Source: Vitrella brassicaformis CCMP3155
Taxonomy: Eukaryota > Protista > Chromerida
Reading direction: 5' to 3'
Length of the DNA stretch: 64,000 nt
NCBI GenBank assembly: GCA_001179505.1
Contig: CDMY01000486.1
Span: 1-64,000 of the forward strand
The notes under the pieces were generated by a model that saw nothing but the letters and a program-made list of their open reading frames with translations, did not search any database and was not told the origin of the DNA. Of the stretch, positions 60,396-64,000 are shown in pieces. The position numbers and the translations under genes were made by a program. The first letter of the stretch is position 1. The number at the start of each line of letters is the position of its first letter.

Positions 60396-60689
60396 CGTCA
60401 CGCCAGCATCAGTTCAGGACGCGCTGATCTTTCTTTAAAAGCGTTGATGTAGCCTGCCTCATCCAAGAACGTCACCAAGGCAGTCTCTACACGACGAAGA
60501 ATCTGCGGCGGCGAGTAACGTTTCTGAGCTCGCAGAGCGATCGCGCGAGAGGCGGCGAAAAGTGAAGATCTGAGGCTTTTGGTAAGGGCAGGTGCACACT
60601 CATCGCGCACACTTTAACATGTGGAAGTGGCTTATTCATCTGATGACCTTTTCGTTCGTGTTTCAAGAGCTCCACCAAGGCGATTCGGG

Positions 60690-61721
60690 ATGAGTAAGAC
60701 GGAGTTCGTCAGCCCAGAGGGCTTCCGCATCGACGGCAGGAGGCCCTCCGAAATACGCACATTCCGCTGCCAGGTCGGTGGAGTGTCGCAGAACGCCGAT
60801 GGGTCGGCATACGTGGAGATGGGCTGTACCAAGGCACTTGCATACGTCTACGGGCCCAAAGAGGTGCATGTTGAAGACACTCACGACAGTATTTGCATGG
60901 CATGGCATTGTTCTTTTTCGCTCATTCCTCACTGAGTGCAGGCTCGTCGGGGTGCGATGAAGACGCAGTGTGGTGTGTTGACGTGTGAGGTCAGCCTGGC
61001 GCCCTTCAGCACCGCAGACAGGAGGAAACGATCAAGATATGACAGGTGGGCAGGCAGGCGTGCAGACAGCACGCCAGCACTCATGTGGGTGAGAGGATTG
61101 CTTGCAGGCAGACGGTCGAGTTGGCTTTGACGATTCGTCAGGCGTTCGAGAGCAGCATCCTGTTGGAGCTCTACCAGAGGGCACAGATCGACATGTTCGT
61201 GCACATACTCGAAACAGACGGAGGTCAGTCAGTCAGCCATATTGCCTGCATGGCGAGGTGCCAATGTGTCTGGTGCTGCCTGGTGTGTGTCTGTTGGTTA
61301 GGTCACAAGGCGGCGGCAATCAACGCATGCAATCTGGCGCTGATTGATGCCGGCATCAACATCCGCGACTCGCTTGTGGCGTGCTCGGCGGGATACATCG
61401 ACGGCAGGCCGATCGTCGACATGAACCAAGCCGAGATCAACGCCGGTGGGGTCGAACTGCTGCTCGGCGTCTTCGCGCGCACACGGAAGGTGACTCTTCC
61501 TTCAGTGGCCACGTGCACATAGACGGCTGCCTTGCCGATGAAAGACGGCTGTGTGCCTTGCTTTGTCTGTGTAGGTGAGTGTGATAGAGATGGACTCCAA
61601 GATAACTCCTGAGGTGTTCCAGGAGACGTATGAGGCGTGCATCGCGGCGTGCAGAGACCTTTATACTGCCATGGAGACCGCAGTGAATGACACGGCGCTG
61701 CGGCTTGTTCACTCAAAGTGA
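60690..61721 (+). CDS. EXOSC4: Exosome complex component RRP41 (RNase PH-like), 5 exons
   Basis: GFRIDGRRPSEIR, ADGSAYVEMGCTKALAYVYGPKE, APFSTADRRKR, QIDMFVHILETDG|G, AINACNLALIDAGI, VACSAGY. Confidence 0.95.
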
Positions 61722-61917
61722 ACGAGTGGGTGAGTGAGTGTGTCTCATTGGCAGATATGTACGTGTGTACGCAAGTGCTTCTACTGGATCTGTACAGTGT
61801 GTGATTGTGATTGTGATTGTGATTGTGATTGGCTGTGTTAATGAGTGAGTGAGGCAGCGCTGAGCGACTGAGTGATTGATCGATTGATTGTCTCATTCTC
61901 GTGGTGACGTCGGAGTG

Positions 61918-62268
61918 ATGCAGCCGGTTGGCGGTGGGTGGGCGGACTCTCAGTCGCAGCACCTGATGCACCCCCCTCCCCCTCAATTCAACATGCCCCT
62001 CTTCCCCACCCACACGCACCACCCACAGGTCAACATGCCACAGCTGGCGGCGGCAGCAGCCACCATGGCGATGCAGATGCAGATGAGCCAGCAAGCCAGT
62101 CAACAGGCAATGATGGAGGACAGCCAGCTGCACATGGCGTCGCAGACACTCTCACAGACACAGCCACAGCAGCTACCTCCACCCAAGACTGGCATGCGTA
62201 AGCACACAAGCAGGGAGACACACACAAAGTCACGGCAAGCAAGGAGGGAGGAATGGAAATGTGTCGTG

Positions 62269-62302
<34 letters not shown>

Positions 62303-63201
62303 TGTTGTGCAGAGGCACTCAAGCAGCGGCTGATGGATGTAAGTACACAGAGAGAGAGGGATGCTGTCTCCACGTATGTCCTTATTTGTCTGTGTGTGTG
62401 TGTGTGTGTGTCCCGATTCACCAGAAGCAGCGGGTGCAGAGCATGATGCGGCCTCAGATCCACACACACGGCATCATCTCATCGCAACAGCCACAGCAGT
62501 CACAGCAGCAGGAGGGCCACACACACGCCGCTGCCGTCCCCAAGTCGAAGCCCAAAATCTATCGCAAGCTCCACAGCCACATGGCAAGAATGTTGTGGAG
62601 TTTGAGACACAAAGGCAGATACACATCATGAGTGTGTGTGTGCAGGTGCAGAAGGGTGTTGCCTACGACAAGGCAGGCCGTCCATTCATCCCTGTGTTCG
62701 ACGCGTCAACACAGCTGTCGTACATGATGTGTCCCCACTGCGACGCCACCAACCTGTTCAGATCGCGAGAAGCACTCGACAGACACATCAGGCAGACACA
62801 ATGCAAACCACACGATGCCAAGAAGGACAGCAAACACTCACACCAACGTCAGTCGGCTGAGCACACACACACCGGTGTCTCGCTCTTTACCATGCCATGT
62901 ATGTGTGTGTGTCTTTGTTGCCATGCAGTTGCGAAGGAGAGCCAGGCCAAGTCAGCGGCAGAGCCCATCCAGCCGCCCCACCCACCAACCAACGCCAACT
63001 CGCCGCCCCCACACCAGCAGCAGGCTGATGACGATGACGAGGCCACACAGAAGGGCGGCTCCTCACCTCCGGAGCTCGTCCTTGGCCTCAACGACATCCC
63101 GCCGCCTGACCCACACAATGACAACAACAGCAACCGTCGCGGCGCACATGACGCAGACACTGACAGAGACGCACTGGCCAACAAGGACAACAAGGCCAGC
63201 G
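61918..63201 (+). CDS. Gln/Met-rich protein with C2H2/C2HC-like finger, copy B (3' end lost in gap)
   Basis: Spliced: MQPVGGGW...KTGM|QALKQRLMD|KQRVQSMM...LHSHM|VQKGVAYDKAGRPFIPVF...MCPHCDATNLFRSREALDRHIRQTQC. Confidence 0.65.
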
Positions 63202-63501
63202 NNNNNNNNNNNNNNNNNNNNNNNNNNNNNNNNNNNNNNNNNNNNNNNNNNNNNNNNNNNNNNNNNNNNNNNNNNNNNNNNNNNNNNNNNNNNNNNNNNN
63301 NNNNNNNNNNNNNNNNNNNNNNNNNNNNNNNNNNNNNNNNNNNNNNNNNNNNNNNNNNNNNNNNNNNNNNNNNNNNNNNNNNNNNNNNNNNNNNNNNNNN
63401 NNNNNNNNNNNNNNNNNNNNNNNNNNNNNNNNNNNNNNNNNNNNNNNNNNNNNNNNNNNNNNNNNNNNNNNNNNNNNNNNNNNNNNNNNNNNNNNNNNNN
63501 N
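63202..63501. other. Assembly gap (300 N)
   Basis: N run. Confidence 1.
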
Positions 63502-63722
63502 GGCGGCGGCAGCAGCCACCATGGCGATGCAGATGCAGATGAGCCAGCAAGCCAGTCAACAGGCAATGATGGAGGACAGCCAGCTGCACATGGCGTCGCA
63601 GACACTCTCACAGACACAGCCACAGCAGCTACCCCCGCCCAAGACTGGCATGCGTAAGCACACAAGCAGACACACACACACATTCACGGCAAGCAAGGAG
63701 GGAGGAATGGAAATGTATCGTG

Positions 63723-63760
<38 letters not shown>

Positions 63761-64000
63761 TGTGTTGTGCAGAGGCACTCAAGCAGCGGCTGATGGATGT
63801 AAGCACACACAGAGAGAGAGGGATGGTGTCTCCACGTATGTCTTTATTTGTTTATTTGTTTATTTGTGTGTGTGTGTGTCCCGATCCCCCAGAAGCAGCG
63901 GGTGCAGAGCATGATGCGGCCTCAGATCCACACACACGGCATCATCTCATCGCAACAGCCACAGCAGTCACAGCAGCAGGAGGGCCACACACACGCCGCT
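63502..64000 (+). CDS. Gln/Met-rich zinc-finger gene, copy C (internal fragment, end of exon 1 to exon 3)
   Basis: Repeats copy B sequence with substitutions (ctacccccgccc vs ctacctccaccc) and intron indels. Confidence 0.5.

Noticed and set aside
60398-60409. Tiny uORF ATG-CTG-GCG-TGA just upstream of the coiled-coil gene start
   Set aside because: Could easily arise by chance; no evidence it lies within the transcript.
1-64000. CRISPR arrays, tRNA/rRNA genes, autonomous transposons
   Set aside because: No repeat-spacer arrays, cloverleaf or rRNA-like segments, transposase/RT motifs or TIR/LTR pairs were seen. The ~1.15-kb inverted duplication encodes a membrane protein and the genes between its copies are ordinary.

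Overview
Intron-rich, gene-dense eukaryotic DNA with five 300-N scaffold gaps. Short GT-AG introns packed with CA/TG, GA/TC and GGAT/ATCC microsatellites, plus a lineage-typical ankyrin-like gene, suggest a chromerid alveolate such as Vitrella brassicaformis (inference, not verified). I hand-spliced about 22 genes. Recognisable ones: MFSD5/MOT2 transporter, BCS1 AAA ATPase, a Cid1-like terminal nucleotidyltransferase, eIF4E, TFIIE-alpha, RRP41, a PhnB-like VOC protein, a double-PHD chromatin protein, a TPR protein and an EamA/DMT-like transporter. Most interesting: (i) a Crinkler-like P-loop NTPase + restriction-endonuclease-like protein with a Coilin-N-like header, frameshifted here; (ii) an 8-mer TGCGAGCT recurring in seven separate 5' intergenic regions, mostly short divergent promoters; (iii) a TUTase-like enzyme with an RRM and a ubiquitin-like segment; (iv) a 14-repeat S(V/I/L/T)(F/Y)E protein; (v) three intronless 4-TM paralogues, two forming an inverted duplication; (vi) a putatively plastid-targeted coiled-coil protein built by exon-module duplication. 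Exon boundaries are manual calls and some gene ends are uncertain.
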